A DNA stretch of 64,000 nucleotides from Monocercomonoides exilis PA203 (lineage: Eukaryota; Protista; Preaxostyla). Position numbers and translations under genes: made by a program. A model generated the notes under the pieces. That model was not told the origin of the DNA and ran no database searches. It was given only the letters and a program-made list of their open reading frames with translations. The stretch lies in the NCBI GenBank assembly GCA_001643675.2, contig LSRY02000002.1, forward strand, positions 1,302,001 to 1,366,000, read 5' to 3'. Below, one piece after another: positions 14,801-28,200 of the stretch (position 1 is its first letter; every line of letters begins with the position of its first letter).

Positions 14801-17800
14801 TTCTTCGTCTTCACACAGATTGCCCTTCTCATCCACATCGTTACAGCACACTTTCTTCATCTTTGCAGTTAAAATGGACGTTTCGCTGTTACTGTCGCTG
14901 TAGCTGTCACTTTCGTGCTCTCTTTTGCTTTCTTTGTGTGAATGATTGCGTTTTCTTCTTTTTGATTGGATACGATCTTCATCATTAACGTAATCAACTT
15001 CCTCCTCCTCCTCTTCTTCCTCTTCCTCTTTCTCTTCCTCATCGTTGTTATTGTCATCATATTCCTCCTCCAAGTGCTTCTTCAGCATTCCTTCAATCAT
15101 TTCTTCTCGATTTGCTTTCTCTTTGCATCTTTCACTGATTATCTTCAGTTCTTCTTCTCCATCATCAAAAATTCCCTTCCTCGTTGTGTGTTTTCTTCCT
15201 TTCTTTTTCTCTATCCCGCCAACCACTCCCATCACTTGCAATGGAACAAACAAAGGTCTGATCGCGGATACAAACAAAGAAATTGCATGGGAAACTGATC
15301 TATTCGCTTCTGATTCTAATTCCATTTCTTCTTTATCTTCCTCTTTATCTTCCTTCTGTTTCCTTTCGTGTTTATCTCCTTCAAAACTGCCAAAATTTAC
15401 TTGTTTTTTACTGAAATTTATTGGAGCCACCTCAAATTTCGCATCAGAACTGCTTGAAACTGCTGCTTTTCTGAACTGTTCATTCACAGAAAACCTTTCT
15501 CCATACGTCTTTTTCAATGGCAACATTCCATTTTCTCCGCATCGCTCACGAACAATACGGGTGAGGATCAATGAAAGCAGCGGGTGGAGAACAGGAGGAG
15601 CAGTTAAAAGAGGAAGGGAAGGCGTTGGAAGAGGAGAAGACGAGGCAAGCTCAGGAGTTGATTGTGGGGATAATCTATCAGAAGAACAAGGAGAAATGAA
15701 ATCTGGTGAAGTTTGATTGGGTTGGAAGGAAAGGCTGTTGGAGAAGGGAAGTTTTTCGTGTGGATTGAAAGTGAATGGCTGGTTGTCGGGAATGGCATAA
15801 GAGGGAGAAGAGACAAGAAGTTCAGAATTTGCAAGCTCGTTTGCTGAGGCAGAAAAAGAGGAGGACGATGAAGAAGAGGAAGAAGAGGAAGAGGAAGAAG
15901 AGGAAGATGATGCAGCAGGCAGCATATCAAACGACAAGTCATGTGATTCTCTTCCATTTTCACTGCTTTTGTGTTTCTGATTCTGTTTAGCTCTTCTTCT
16001 TTTTGGTGTGTTTTTGTCGTAAATTGTGTCTGGCTGAATGGCAGAAGAAGGCGAAGCATACGGAATCATCTCTTTAAATGCCTTCACTCTCTTTGAAGTG
16101 CGTCTCTTCTGCTTTGACGGATACTGTGGTTGTTTTGATGAGGAACGGGAAGAAGAAGAAGAGGAGGAAGAGGAATAAGAAGAAGAGGAAGAAGAAGGAT
16201 GAGGAGATTTGCTTGTGGAATGTGTTGTTTGGATGTTGATGGGTGTGATTGGTGCGATGTGTGCTGCAGATGACGATTGGATGGCCGAAAGAGTTCGAAT
16301 GAAGGAAGGAGGTGTGGTGGAGTAGAGAGAAGAAGAAAGAGAAGGGCTCATACGCGCAGTGATGGGGAGGTCTGAAGAAGAAGAGGAGGAGGAAGAGGAG
16401 GAAGAGGAAGAAGAAGATGATGAGGATGATGATGATGAGGTTAATGTTGTTGAAGAAGATGATGATGATGACGCTGAAGATAAAAGCAAATTTTCATTTC
16501 TTCCATCTTTTGATATCTTCTCCTGTGTTTCTGAAGTCCCAGTTTCGACGAAAATCGTCGAACTTGGCGAAAACGTAGAGGAAGACGGAAAAAGTTCAAT
16601 TGGCATATTTGTTGCTTCATTGGGCACAAATCCATAGATTGATAGAGAGGAGGAGGAAGAAGAAATAGAAGAAGAAGAGGAAGAAGAAGAAGATGATGAT
16701 GATGATGAAGGAGAATAAGAAGGAGATAAGAGATAACTGGAAGAGGAGGATAAAGTGGCTGAGTGCTGTGAAAGAGAAGAGGAATCAGAAGATCTTGTGT
16801 GTGGATGTAGAGGCGATCGATGAAGTGTGGCTGAAGTGAATGAAGATGTTGATATGTGTGTTAGTTGTCTGGATTTGTTGGATGGTGAGCTGAAAGAGCG
16901 TGATGAAGAAGAAGTGATTGAAGAAGATGAGGAAGAGGAGGAAGAAGAAGAGGTGTTTGAAAAAACCAAAGGAGAAGAGGAAGAGGAAGAAGTGTCAATA
17001 GTTGTAATAGAAGAAGAAGAAGAAGAAGAAGAAGCAATATTTCCTGGAGCGTGACGACGCGAGGCAGTTATTCTGCTTTCTTTTGAAGGAATAAGAGAGA
17101 ATTGTGAAGGAGGCGGTGGAGGAAGAGGAGCAGCGCTGGAGACTGAAGAAGAAGAAGCTGAGGGAGGAAAAGGATGAGACGGGGGGATAAGAGAAGGAGG
17201 GGTGTGTGAATGGAATATCAATGACGGATGTGAAGTGTCTGGCTGTGTGGTTGATGAGGGAGAGAGAATGGATGTGGAAGGAGAAGATGAAGAGGAGGAT
17301 GAGGAAGAGGAAGAGGAAGAAGATGATGTGGTTGGAGAAGAAGAGGACAGCGAAGCAGCTGTTGCTGCATTGACAGGCAGCGCAACAGGAGAAGGAGAAA
17401 AGAAGTGAGATGAATGTTCAGAACGATCAGAAGCAGCTGAAATAGCAGAAATAGCTTGAATTGAACCCTGATGAAGTGACTGATGTGTGAGTGGCTGTTC
17501 GTTTTGTATTGTTCTTCCAAAGAGAGACGGCTGAGAATGAGAAATTTCTTCATTTGAATGAGAAATATCGTGTAATGGCACACTGAGCAATGCAGGCTCA
17601 GAAGAAGAAGAAGAGGTGGAGGAGGAAGGAGAAGACAAGGCTGAGGTGTCGGGTGATGAAGTGGAAGAGGAAGTGGATGAGGATGAGGAAGAAGACGACG
17701 ACGATGATGATGATGATGAAGGAGATGAAGAAGAAGATGATGATGATGTGTGTTGCGAAGCAGAAGCGTCCAAACTCTCGTCGTTCAGATTGTTTTTCGC

Positions 17801-20595
17801 TTTGTATTTCTCAATTGTCTTTTCGTCCTCTTCTTGCGCTTTCCTTTCCTGCTCCATTTTCTCCTTCTGCTTCACCACTTCCCTCTTCTTCTCATTGACA
17901 ATCCTGTTCATCGCTGACACTCTTCTTGCAACGCATCTCTCTTTCCTCCTCTGCTGCTCGTTCTTCGCCTTCGCCTCTGCCCTCCTCTTCTCCCTCGCCT
18001 CTCTCCTTCGCATCGCCAGCCTCCGTCTGTTCTCTGTCTCCCTGTTCAGCACAACCGCATCCACCGCCGACGACACAAAAAACGCAGCGCGGCGAAGAAG
18101 CGCTGGGTGCAGAGGAAGAGAAGGAGAAAACAAAAGAGAAAGGATAAGGGGCACGTGTGTGGTGATGAGGGAGAGGAGGGCAGAGGAAGAAGGAGAGGAA
18201 GGAAGAGGAATGGCAGACTTGACAGAGGAAGGGAAAAGAACTTTGAAGGTGTTGGTGGGTGGAGGATGGGAGGAGGAAGTGGTGTGTGGAGCGGTGGGGC
18301 GAGAAGGGAGGAGAAGAGTGATGTAGTCAGATGAAGAAGGAGAAGAAGAAGAGGAAGAAGAGGAGGAAGAAGAAGAAGAAGAAGAAGCCAAAGAAGGAGG
18401 AAGGTGCTTGAAGGATGATTGGGATGTGTAGAGAGATGAAGGGGAATGTTTAGTGTCTGGTTTTGAATGGGATGATGGCAAAGAAGAAGGAGGTGAAGAA
18501 GAAATGGAAGATGAAGAAGATGATGATGAAATGGAAGAAGAAGAAGAAGAAGAAGCAACAGAAGAAGTCAAATAACCTTCAGAATCCGGGCGATAAGAGC
18601 ACAGAAGAGACAAAAGAGTAAGAGAAGCAGCACTTTGTGCGGATGATGATGATGAAGCAGTTGCAGTGATTGAAGTGGCAGTGGCAGTGGCAGTGGTATT
18701 GGTGATGGCTGTGGAAGTGGTTGTGTGTGGGGGCTTGTTGTAAGAAGGCGCATAAGTTGATGGGAGAAGGAGCAGGAGAAGCGTGTCAAAGAGGGAAGAG
18801 AAGAAGAAGTGAGACTGTTTGTGTTTGTGGGTGATGAGTGAAGAGATGACAGGGGGTGTTGCGTGTGATAACAGCAGAGAAAGAAGCAAAAGTGATAGGA
18901 CAAACAAAGAAGGAGCAGCGACTGTGAAGAAAAAGGGGTTGAGTGCAGAAGAGGTAGAGGAGGAGGAAGAAGAAGAAGATAATGATAATGATGAAGAGGA
19001 GGAAAGGGAGGAAGAGGAAGAAGAAGAAAGTGAAATTGCACCGGCAAGTGATGATGAAGACAGAGAAGAAGATGTTGGTGCCATGAAAAGGGGGGAAACG
19101 GGGTTTGAAGCAGCAGATGGAAAATTGAATGAAACAGAAGGCAAAGAGTAAGGCAGTGAAGATTGATAGCATGCAGAAGGTATTTGGTTGAGCACATTAA
19201 AGGCCTTAGAGAATACAGTTCCGATGAGGGTGACGATGCGAATGAAAAGTGTGTTTGTGGCAGAAGGTTCAGAGGAAGGCGATGAAGACGATCGCTCCTG
19301 TGCGTGGATGGAATTCGCTGAAGCAGAAGTGCTGCTGCTTGTTTTCTTCTGAAAGGAGTCAGAATTTGTGTGTTCGTCATTTTGTTGTGGAGAAAAGATT
19401 GTGAGAAATGTCCTTTGAACGGCAGATCCGACAGATACTTTAAGTTGCATCATCTTTCTTGAAGCTGCAAGTGAAGAAGAAGAGGAGGAGGAGGAGGAAG
19501 ATGATGATGACGACGACGACGATGAACTCAAATAGCTCTGCCGATCAGCTTTTGAAGCACCACGATGGTGCAAAGGCTGCTGAGGAATTGTGGTTGTGCC
19601 ATCTGCGCGGCAAGCCGGCAGAGCATTTATCGGGGGAGAGAGAAGAGACAGAAGCAGAGGCGAAGACGAGGGACAGTACAGCAACGGAAGGCATTCGATT
19701 GGCGTCAGCTCAGGAAAAGAAGACTGCAAAGAAGCAGCATTATCTCCAGTGAATGTGGCTTCCCCGAAAAAAAGCAATGACAGAATAAACAGCTGCACGT
19801 CTCGCTCTTCTGTCAGATAATTTCGTGAAAGAAGCGCAGAGTTTGTTGCGCTTGATGGTACATGCGAAATTAACGGGTTGCTGTTTAATGATTCAGAAGT
19901 TGGATAGCTAACACCGCCTTTTCCAGACAAATTAAGTGCATTTGTCGCTAAATCGAAAACAGACAACGTCGAATCTGAAGGAGGGGCCATGTGGTACAAA
20001 AATGTTGGAATTTGTCCAGGCTGTGACACCAAAGAATCTTGATATAAAAGTTTTATTGAACTTCTGAAAAGATGATGAAGCGACAAAAACACGTTTATAA
20101 GCACTTCGTCGCTTGTGGTTGTTTCTGAAAATGCTAGTAATTGTTCGAGTAAAACTTTTGGATGCATGTTTATTGGAAATGCTTTGATAACCATTTCAAG
20201 AATATTAAATATTTTGTTTAAAAAAAATTGTTTCTCGATTAAAAATTAGATATTCAAAATTGTTACAGCATACACAACCCAGATTTTATCCAACAAGTTT
20301 GACAATAATATTTTCTATCTTTTGATTTTAAATTCGGAAATGGAATTAAACAACTAAAAAATGTGTAATTAATCAAATATTCAAAATAATATGTGTATTA
20401 TTCATACTTTTTACAGACTTGGCGATTACATAATTCGCATTTTGTTAAATTTCCTCTTTGAACATTGGTTATCCAGCAAACAGGACAAAAATAACTTTTT
20501 GGTGGTTGAAGATAAATAGCTTGGAAATGAGCGCATTGCATGAATGATGATGAAATTAATGATGACATGCACATTGTCTCGGATCTATTATTCAT
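1..20595 (-). CDS. Giant (>6,800 aa, 3'-truncated by window) protein: N-terminal degenerate FYVE-type zinc finger, ARM/HEAT-like helical segments, extensive Ser-rich and charged low-complexity regions. Proposed exons 20595-20408, 20353-20274, 20181-<1
   Basis: No closed minus-strand ORF in the track between 1 and 20.2 kb uses this frame, and spot translations at many points are stop-free and protein-like (e.g. MHPKVLLEQLLAFSE, AVSAIAFFAKYNPNVRDRIR, SILHCLVHILINPRSPLDLILPSGRLLANLTSVSPFIRRFIA). Introns 20354-20407 and 20182-20273 are GT-AG and phase-compatible. Alternative model: separate start at ATG 20194 or 20167. Confidence 0.8.
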
Positions 20596-20744
20596 CAACG
20601 ACGTTGTCACACTGAAAAAACGAAAAAATTATATGCGCCTCAAATCCAACTATTCTGATAAAGGGAAAAATAAATTTTTCACAATAAAATAAAATGAAAA
20701 ACAAATATGAAATGTTTCATGAAGTGAGTTTGTAATTTTTAAAA

Positions 20745-21605
20745 TTAAATAAAGGAAGGTGAAAGCATTCTGGTAGGTTGAGGGGTTTGATATGGTGATG
20801 ATGAATGTTTTTTCTTATTACATTTGACTTTACCCAGCCACAGTGACTTATCAATCGCATCTAAAATCAATAAAGCATATGAAGGAAATACAACAAACGC
20901 ATAATGCCAATTGATTATGTGGCCTAATCTCAGGGAGAAAAAATGAATTTGTAATGACTCAAGAATCAAAAAAACTGGCCACGGAAGAAATCCATCACCA
21001 TAATACATTTTTCTTCTTAGATAGCAATACACAAATATAAAAGCTAGTCCAAATAAATGTGTCGGAATTGGTAAAAGTCCTAAATAGTATAAAAATTAAA
21101 CAGAAAAATTGACGCAAACAAAATTGTAAAAACCTTCGAGTTTAAACAGCAGTACTATATAAAACAAAATTAATTGTTTTCTCTTTGAATTCATTTTTTG
21201 TTTCTCTTCAGCTGAATGCAATTCAGACGTAATTAGAGAATGTAGCCAACACGCGTACAATACCAAAATATGTATCGGAATCCATAAAATGAATATGCTT
21301 TTATTTGTTTGCCCGTCATATTTCGACAGAATTTCGTGATATCCACATAGAAGTGGGAAAACAAATAATAATGACGGGAATGTTGATTCAATCATCTGCG
21401 CAGCAATCCAACGAAATACAAGTGTTAACAGCAAAAACATGGAGGTAAAATTTGTTCTATTTCCAAAGCAATATGGTGGATTGCGATTTTCATGTATTTG
21501 AAAGTTCCTTCCAATAAAAAATATGACACAAAAAGTAAGTCCAAAAGCGATTGAATATATAAATGCCCATGAAACAATTCGGCAACAATGTAATCTTTGT
21601 GCCAT
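20745..21605 (-). CDS. Multi-pass membrane protein, TMEM185/TMEM60 (Fragile-X-F-associated)-like; exons 21605-21134, 21079-20745
   Basis: Two hydrophobic ORFs joined in frame by a 54 nt GT-AG intron (21080-21133). Repeated family-like motifs LSKYDG..FILWIP, LFKLEG, LRLGHIINWHYAFVVFP. Confidence 0.6.
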
Positions 21606-22274
21606 GCAGCAAATTTTTCTCAAATAAAATTGTTTTAATATGTCACAAAACAAAAATTATTAATTTCAAGATTTTATTATGGACAAATCAATTAATTTTT
21701 TTCTCTGTTTAAATACAATTTTTTTCTTTTTTTTTTTTAACCAAAATTGTCGTTGAATTTTGTTTAATGTCATTAGTTTTATTTGTTGTATGAACTGTAC
21801 GATATTTCAAAATGATTGCAGTTTCAAAAGTCAAAAAAAAATTAAAAAAACTTAAATAGTGGGTAAATTATTTCAATCTGATTTTTGATCCACACAAAAT
21901 TTTCAGTGCTGTTTTTTTTTTTTTTTTTTTTTTTTTCTACTCAATTTTCACTTGAAAGCGATGGACTCCTAAAGATACAATTGAAAAGTGTTTTTGAACA
22001 AAAAGTTTCATTTTTCGAAAAATACGAAAATAAAACAACATATATCAATCTCTCATCTTTCAGATAGAAAGAGAGAGCTCCTTGAGTACAAAATGCTTTT
22101 GTGGATCATTTCGTTATACATTGGTATTGATATTTGTGTTTTGATCAAAATTTTCTGTAATTTTCTTATTTGTTAACATCATTCCAAAAAAAACTTAATT
22201 TTATATTACATTATTTCTTTTAAATTTATTCAATAAAAATTTTGTGGGTACGATCAGCAAAAAACCAATCGTTG

Positions 22275-25200
22275 ATGCTGCAGTTTATATGCACGGTTTC
22301 CTTATTATGTAGCATTTTTGTTGATGCAAGAGGAGTCAGAACAGTAAATTTTGGAAAACTGCGTGAGGCAGATCACTTCTCTTCATTTTTTAGACAAATC
22401 GATAAATCATTTGCGGTGGCAACAGCATCTATTTCACCAACTTCTCCCTTTCTAATTTTAAACAGTACAACAACGTTTAGAGATATATTTTTTACCTCCT
22501 CTGTCAATTATTGGCCTCAATTTTATTGTTTTTCTTCTTTTTTGTGCATTACGTCTTGTGCAGTTGCATGTGATACAATCGGGAAAATCAGTCCCTTTAC
22601 TAGCTATGATAGCTCCACAAGCATTTATAATGCAACTTTTATGAATCCTTCGTGCTCCAGTCTTATTGCTCCTCTATTTTCTCAAGATTCTTCTGGATCT
22701 TCATTTTCTCAGCTCTTTCATTTCTCATCATCAGTTGTGCAATCGCTTGTTCTTGCTTCAACTCCCTTCCTTTTGCCAGCTTCTTTTACTTCGGGAAGAA
22801 TTTACGACTCAATTTTTTTCAATATAACGATTTCTCCACTTCTTCGTTCTCATATGGATACAATGCCCGGACAGAGAGAGGCATCTATAAGCGACAGTGC
22901 GTTCACAAAGGTGGAGAATGTGTATGATGGCGGAATTGTTCAATCGGTCAATGCACCTGGCAACAACATTTTATGTTCAAATTGCTCATTCTTGTCATGC
23001 TCTCGCGAGCTTAGCAACGATACTCGCAAACCATATCCTTCTAGGGAGGACTATTCTTATAGGTCGTGCTCCTTCAGCGATTCACTGTTCACATTAACTT
23101 CTCAATTGCGTGGGGGAGCTATTTTCGTTGGAACAAATGGATCTCTAAATGTTCAAAGATGTTCATTTATAGAATGCCAAACATCTATTCGAGGCGGTGC
23201 CATATTTTTGATTGAATTTAGTAATAGTGAAATCAATGTCACGGATTTTGCGAACTGCACTGCTAATGACTCCGATGGTGCTTTAGGAATATTTCATGGA
23301 ATTCACGCCATCACTTATAATTGCTTATTTGTTAATTGCTCTTCACGAGAGCAATTTGGTGCAATGAATAATGAATATTCTCCAAGAGATTATCTCATAA
23401 ACAATTGCACTTTTTCGTATTGTCTTTGCAACGGAACAGGCGGATGCGTGGGACTTGCTTATCCTCCTTCAGAATTTTCAATTGTTGATTCGCTTTTAGA
23501 GCATTCAACATCAAGCAGAGGAGGAGCTATTTATTTCCATAGTAATACAGAAAGCACATCAATGCGTTGGATATTTCTTTTATTTCGCAACAACTCTTCG
23601 CCTTTGGGAAATGATGCATATTCGACACCTGGTTTGTACGAAAAGTTGAACAAATCTCAGTTTGTGAGCTGTTTTTCAACCAGCGAGCAGCCAAGATTCC
23701 TTCATTGTCCGAAAACAGGGCAATGCACACTCAACCATAATGAAAATGATTGGCTTCCTAATCCATCTCCAATAGAAATAAATGTAAAAAATTCAGGACA
23801 AGATTTAGAATCGTGCGGAGCTGAAGGTCTCGAATGCAAGACAGTCAAACATGCATTCTCTCGCTCCATTCCCATTCTTGGTCAGTCTATTCTTCTTCAT
23901 AGCGAAACCTTTATCGTGGGAGAACTGAAAATTAACGCACAGTATATTGCAGTTAGGGCGAAAATTAAGACTCAAGCTCAAAACAACAGGCCAATCATTG
24001 AGACAAACACTTCAGCAGAAGCATTCTGCAGGATTGTGACTGGATCATGTGGTATGGAAGAGGTGAATGTCTTGCATTCATGCACAAAGTGGCCAACAAC
24101 TGCTCTGTTTGTTGTTGAAGGATCTGGGAGTCTTGGACTTGTGGAAGTGTCTATTTCGTGCAGCGCAGAAGGAATTTCCTATTTTACATGTGGTCTTATT
24201 AATGCGCAATCTGATGGAGCATCAATAGAACTTGCACGTGTCAAGTTTTCGGGGATCAAATCCACAAAGTCAGTTCTGGGGTTTGCAATGAGCTGCGGGT
24301 GGAAAATTTCCGATATTTTATTCGATGAAGTGGAGCGCACGACAGGGAATGGTGGTGCACTGGAGGTGACAGTTGAACCAGGTGATGCTCTGGAACTGGA
24401 AAATATAACGTTTTCCTCTTGTAGAAGTAAAATTGGAGATGGCGGCGGGATGTGGGTGTTAGCCAAGAACGAGTCAAAAGTTGTTGTGGGGAATGCATCA
24501 GCTAGGAGCGGAGCAATAAGTTTCAACGCATGTGAAGCGAATGGTCTTGGAGGAGGTTTATATGTGTATATGGAGGAAAATGTCGATGTGAGATTGAGTA
24601 GCCTAACATTTACAGGATGTACTGCGTCTGCAGGAAGAGATGTGTTTGTTAGCGCCTTCAATATGGGGAATGCAGTGAAGCAAGGGCTTATCTCTTTTTT
24701 ACCGGAGCTGACTGATGTGAATGGTGTGAGCGGATATGAGCGATCAACTACAAATGAAAGCTTTGTTATTCCGATTGTAGTGTATTTATGGAGCAATCGA
24801 ACTGCTCGAGCATACGTTCATAACAATAAGCAGAGCAGCGCAGACTTTACAGGATGCGGAGTTGCAGAATATCCGTGTCGCAGTGTTGATGGAGCAGCAC
24901 GACTGCACTTTGCGGAAGCAGATCGGAAGCTGAGATTGTGTGAAGGATTTAGCTTTGATTGCTATTTGGCACTGAATGCAAGAATGTTTGACTTTGATGT
25001 GGAGGCGAAGGGAACAGTGAAGGTGCGCGTGGAGTCGACAGTGGCTGGAGCAGGGGAAGGCTTGGTTGAATGCAGTGTTCCGACTGTATTCACAAACATA
25101 AGTTTTGAGCTTGGAAGTGCTGTCGGAGTAAAGAAGGCATTTTTATACTCGCATTCAGCTTCTTTGCGCATGAAGGACTGTTCAATGTGTATGGCTCCTG

Positions 25201-28200
25201 GCGCACAGGCTGCGAGATTCTCGTTTATGCACGTAACGAGCGGGACAACAGAATTGTCAGGGTTTGTTGTTGTACAGCAGGAAAATGGAGTTGCATTTGG
25301 TGATGCTCCGATGGGAATATTCGAGGGTTCTTGCACATGCACAGTGAATGAAATGACTCTCTTCAACACAACGACAGGAAGTTCAAGGGGACTGGTTTGC
25401 TTTTCGTCTACGGGAAATGCTATTGTGAAATACTGCACCTTTTCGAATGCTGCAGGTTCTTTGGGGGCTATTGTACATGTGGCATGCGCAAGCAAGGTCG
25501 AAGTTTCGAACTCAACATTTCATAACATTTTACGGTCCATTGGGGATGGATCAAGTGTATGCGTTATGGGTGCAAGCAGCGATTGCGAGGCTAGCGGAGA
25601 AGCTCAAATACTGAACTGCACATTGCAGAATTGCAGTGTTGATGGAGCAGGTGGATGCGGTGGTGGAGTATCAGCGCAACTCGGATTGCACTCATCACTG
25701 ATAGTTAAGGATACCACTTTTCAAGAGTGTGCAGCGCCTTTGCAAGGAGAATCTGGGGGAAAAGGAGGCGCACTGTTTTTGTCTCTTCACAACACGGCTT
25801 CCTCGTTTACTCTCGGGGCAACAGTTACATTTTCTTCCAATACAGCGATGCTTGGTGATGACGTGTTTGTTTCCGCACCTGACCTTGATTTTACTGTTAC
25901 CGCTGAACACTTCCTTTACTTCGACAAACATCATCCGTTTGCTCGGGAAGCGGCTTGCGGAATGGATCACAGATGGAGCGATGCAGTCATCCCACTTGTG
26001 TACTATCTAATGGATAGGGAGCCGAATGTGTGTGTTGCAGATACAGGGTTTGATGTTTCTGTCTGTGGATTTACCGATTATCCGTGCAAGACTATTTCAC
26101 ACGCTCTTACCCGTCAAAGCGCAGAGAAGTCTATTTTGCTTGCTTCAGAGTTCAATTTTTATGAGCGTGTCAAGCTCAGTGATGCGTATTTCTGCTCCAT
26201 ATCTGCTCAGGAAAATGCTTCGATTTCCTCATCCTTTTCCACGATAAGTATGTATGGAGATGGGATTGCTTCACAGGCGCTGGTTATTGTCGAACAGGAA
26301 ATTAGTGTTGAGCGCGTTCGGTTTGAAGCGGATTGTTGTTTAACTACTCCTCAGAAAGGTTTGATTCTGATTGCTTGCGATTCAGCTTTATGCGAAATGA
26401 AGAAATGCACAATTGGAATGAGCTTAACAGAGAATAGGCATGAGTCTGCCACAGGAGCTGATGAAGGAGCATCTGCAATTAGGTGTGAGTTTTGTGTTGT
26501 GGAAGCTGGAAAACTTCTGCTGATAGAGTTTACAGTTGAATCGCTGAAAGTGGAGCGATGTGGGCTGATTGATGTATGCGGGACTGGAGCATGTCAAGTT
26601 AATGGATGCGTGATGAATGGAGGTGAATGGGCATCAGAAAAGGGAGTGTTTGAGTATTGTTCAAGTAACTCAATGACGTTGCAAAATTTAATTGCGGAAA
26701 GGATTATCTGCAACGGTGGCCCTATTGTTGCAGATATTAATGGAAAAGCTTTAACTGTCGTTAACTGCTCATTTGACCATATTGAACTGAGGATGGGGAA
26801 TGGGAGCGTGCTGAGATGTGATGTATCTGATGCATCTTCTACTGTGGAAGTGGTTGATACCAATGTAACTGGAGCAGCAGCTCTCGATGGCTGCGGAGGG
26901 GCTATCTCCGTGATTGCGAGAAATTCAGCGCATGTGCGGATTGGATACGGGGAGGTAATAACCGCATTGACGATGTGCGAAGCAAAATCAGGAAGTGGAA
27001 AACGGAGCGGAGGAAGCGGAGATATCAGGAATATACATCGACAAAACGGAAACGGAAAGGGGATAGGCGGCGCAATACATGTGAGGAGTGTTGGTGTTTC
27101 TGATGATATTGCATTTGGTAGCATTTCATTTGGAACAGATGAGCAAGCCAATTCAGCCAGCTGGTCTGGCAAGAACATCTTTATAGAAAGCGACAATCTG
27201 AGCAGGACAGTGAAGCCTGGACTATTTGGCTTTGCTGTGGATCTGGTTACTAAAAGCACTTTTGATGAGCTAAACGGATTTGAGGCGGGAAATGAATCGT
27301 ACAGTATTCCACTGGCTGTGTACCTTGTAGATTTCGACGGGAAGGCTTGGGTAGCAGGAACAGACGCAGATGGAGTTGACTATCGTATGTGTGGAATTTC
27401 TCATTATCCCTGTGCAACGATACCTTTTGCAATAACTGCACGATTTGGAGAAGGGGATGCAACTGTGATTCTCTCCAGCACTTTCACATTTAAAGAGCGA
27501 ATCGTATTCAATGATTCCAATAGTATTTTGATCACTCTCAGCCCAGAAGTGAATCTTGGTCGTATAAGTGTTGCATCTGATAACAGCGGTCAAGGCGACA
27601 GTGTCGTTGAGATGAACTGCAAAGCCACTCTCCAAGGAATTGGGTTTGTTCTTCCACCAAACTTTGTTAGGACAGAGCGTTGTTGTTTTTTGCACTGTAA
27701 CGGTGCGGAAATATTGTTGGAGGATTGCTCTGCGAGCAAAGGAAGAGAAGGAAATGTTGCTTATTCGGTTGTGCTGGTGACTGGCGGATCAACCACGCTC
27801 AAGAACTTTAAGATGGAAGATTTTTCACTTGGAAATGTAATTGCAGTGGAGGTGCGAGGTGCAGAGGCGAGTGCAAAGCTGGAGAATGTGACGCTGAAAG
27901 GAGTGAACTCAGAGAGCATGAAGGGTCTTGCATTATGCTGCGACGGAGGGAGACTCGATCTACAGAATGCAACAGCAAATGATTCTACTGCCGCTAATCA
28001 CTGTGTGATTACAGTTTCAGCTGGATCTTCTTCAAGCATACAGAACTGTAGCTTCACAGATCTGATAAGGAGAGAAGGCGATGGAGGTGTTGTGGTTGGT
28101 GAAGTATGTGGCGGGGCAAAGGTGCAAATGAAAGAATGTGTGTTCCGCGGTGTTGCGTGTGTAGAATCAGGACGAAAGGGAGGAAGCGTTTGTGTGCATG

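Noticed and set aside
38-19820. Dozens of 60-270 aa ORFs on both strands (poly-Glu, poly-Leu, poly-Lys/Met)
   Set aside because: Off-frame or antisense shadows of the giant minus-strand gene's TCT/TCA/TCC-rich codons.
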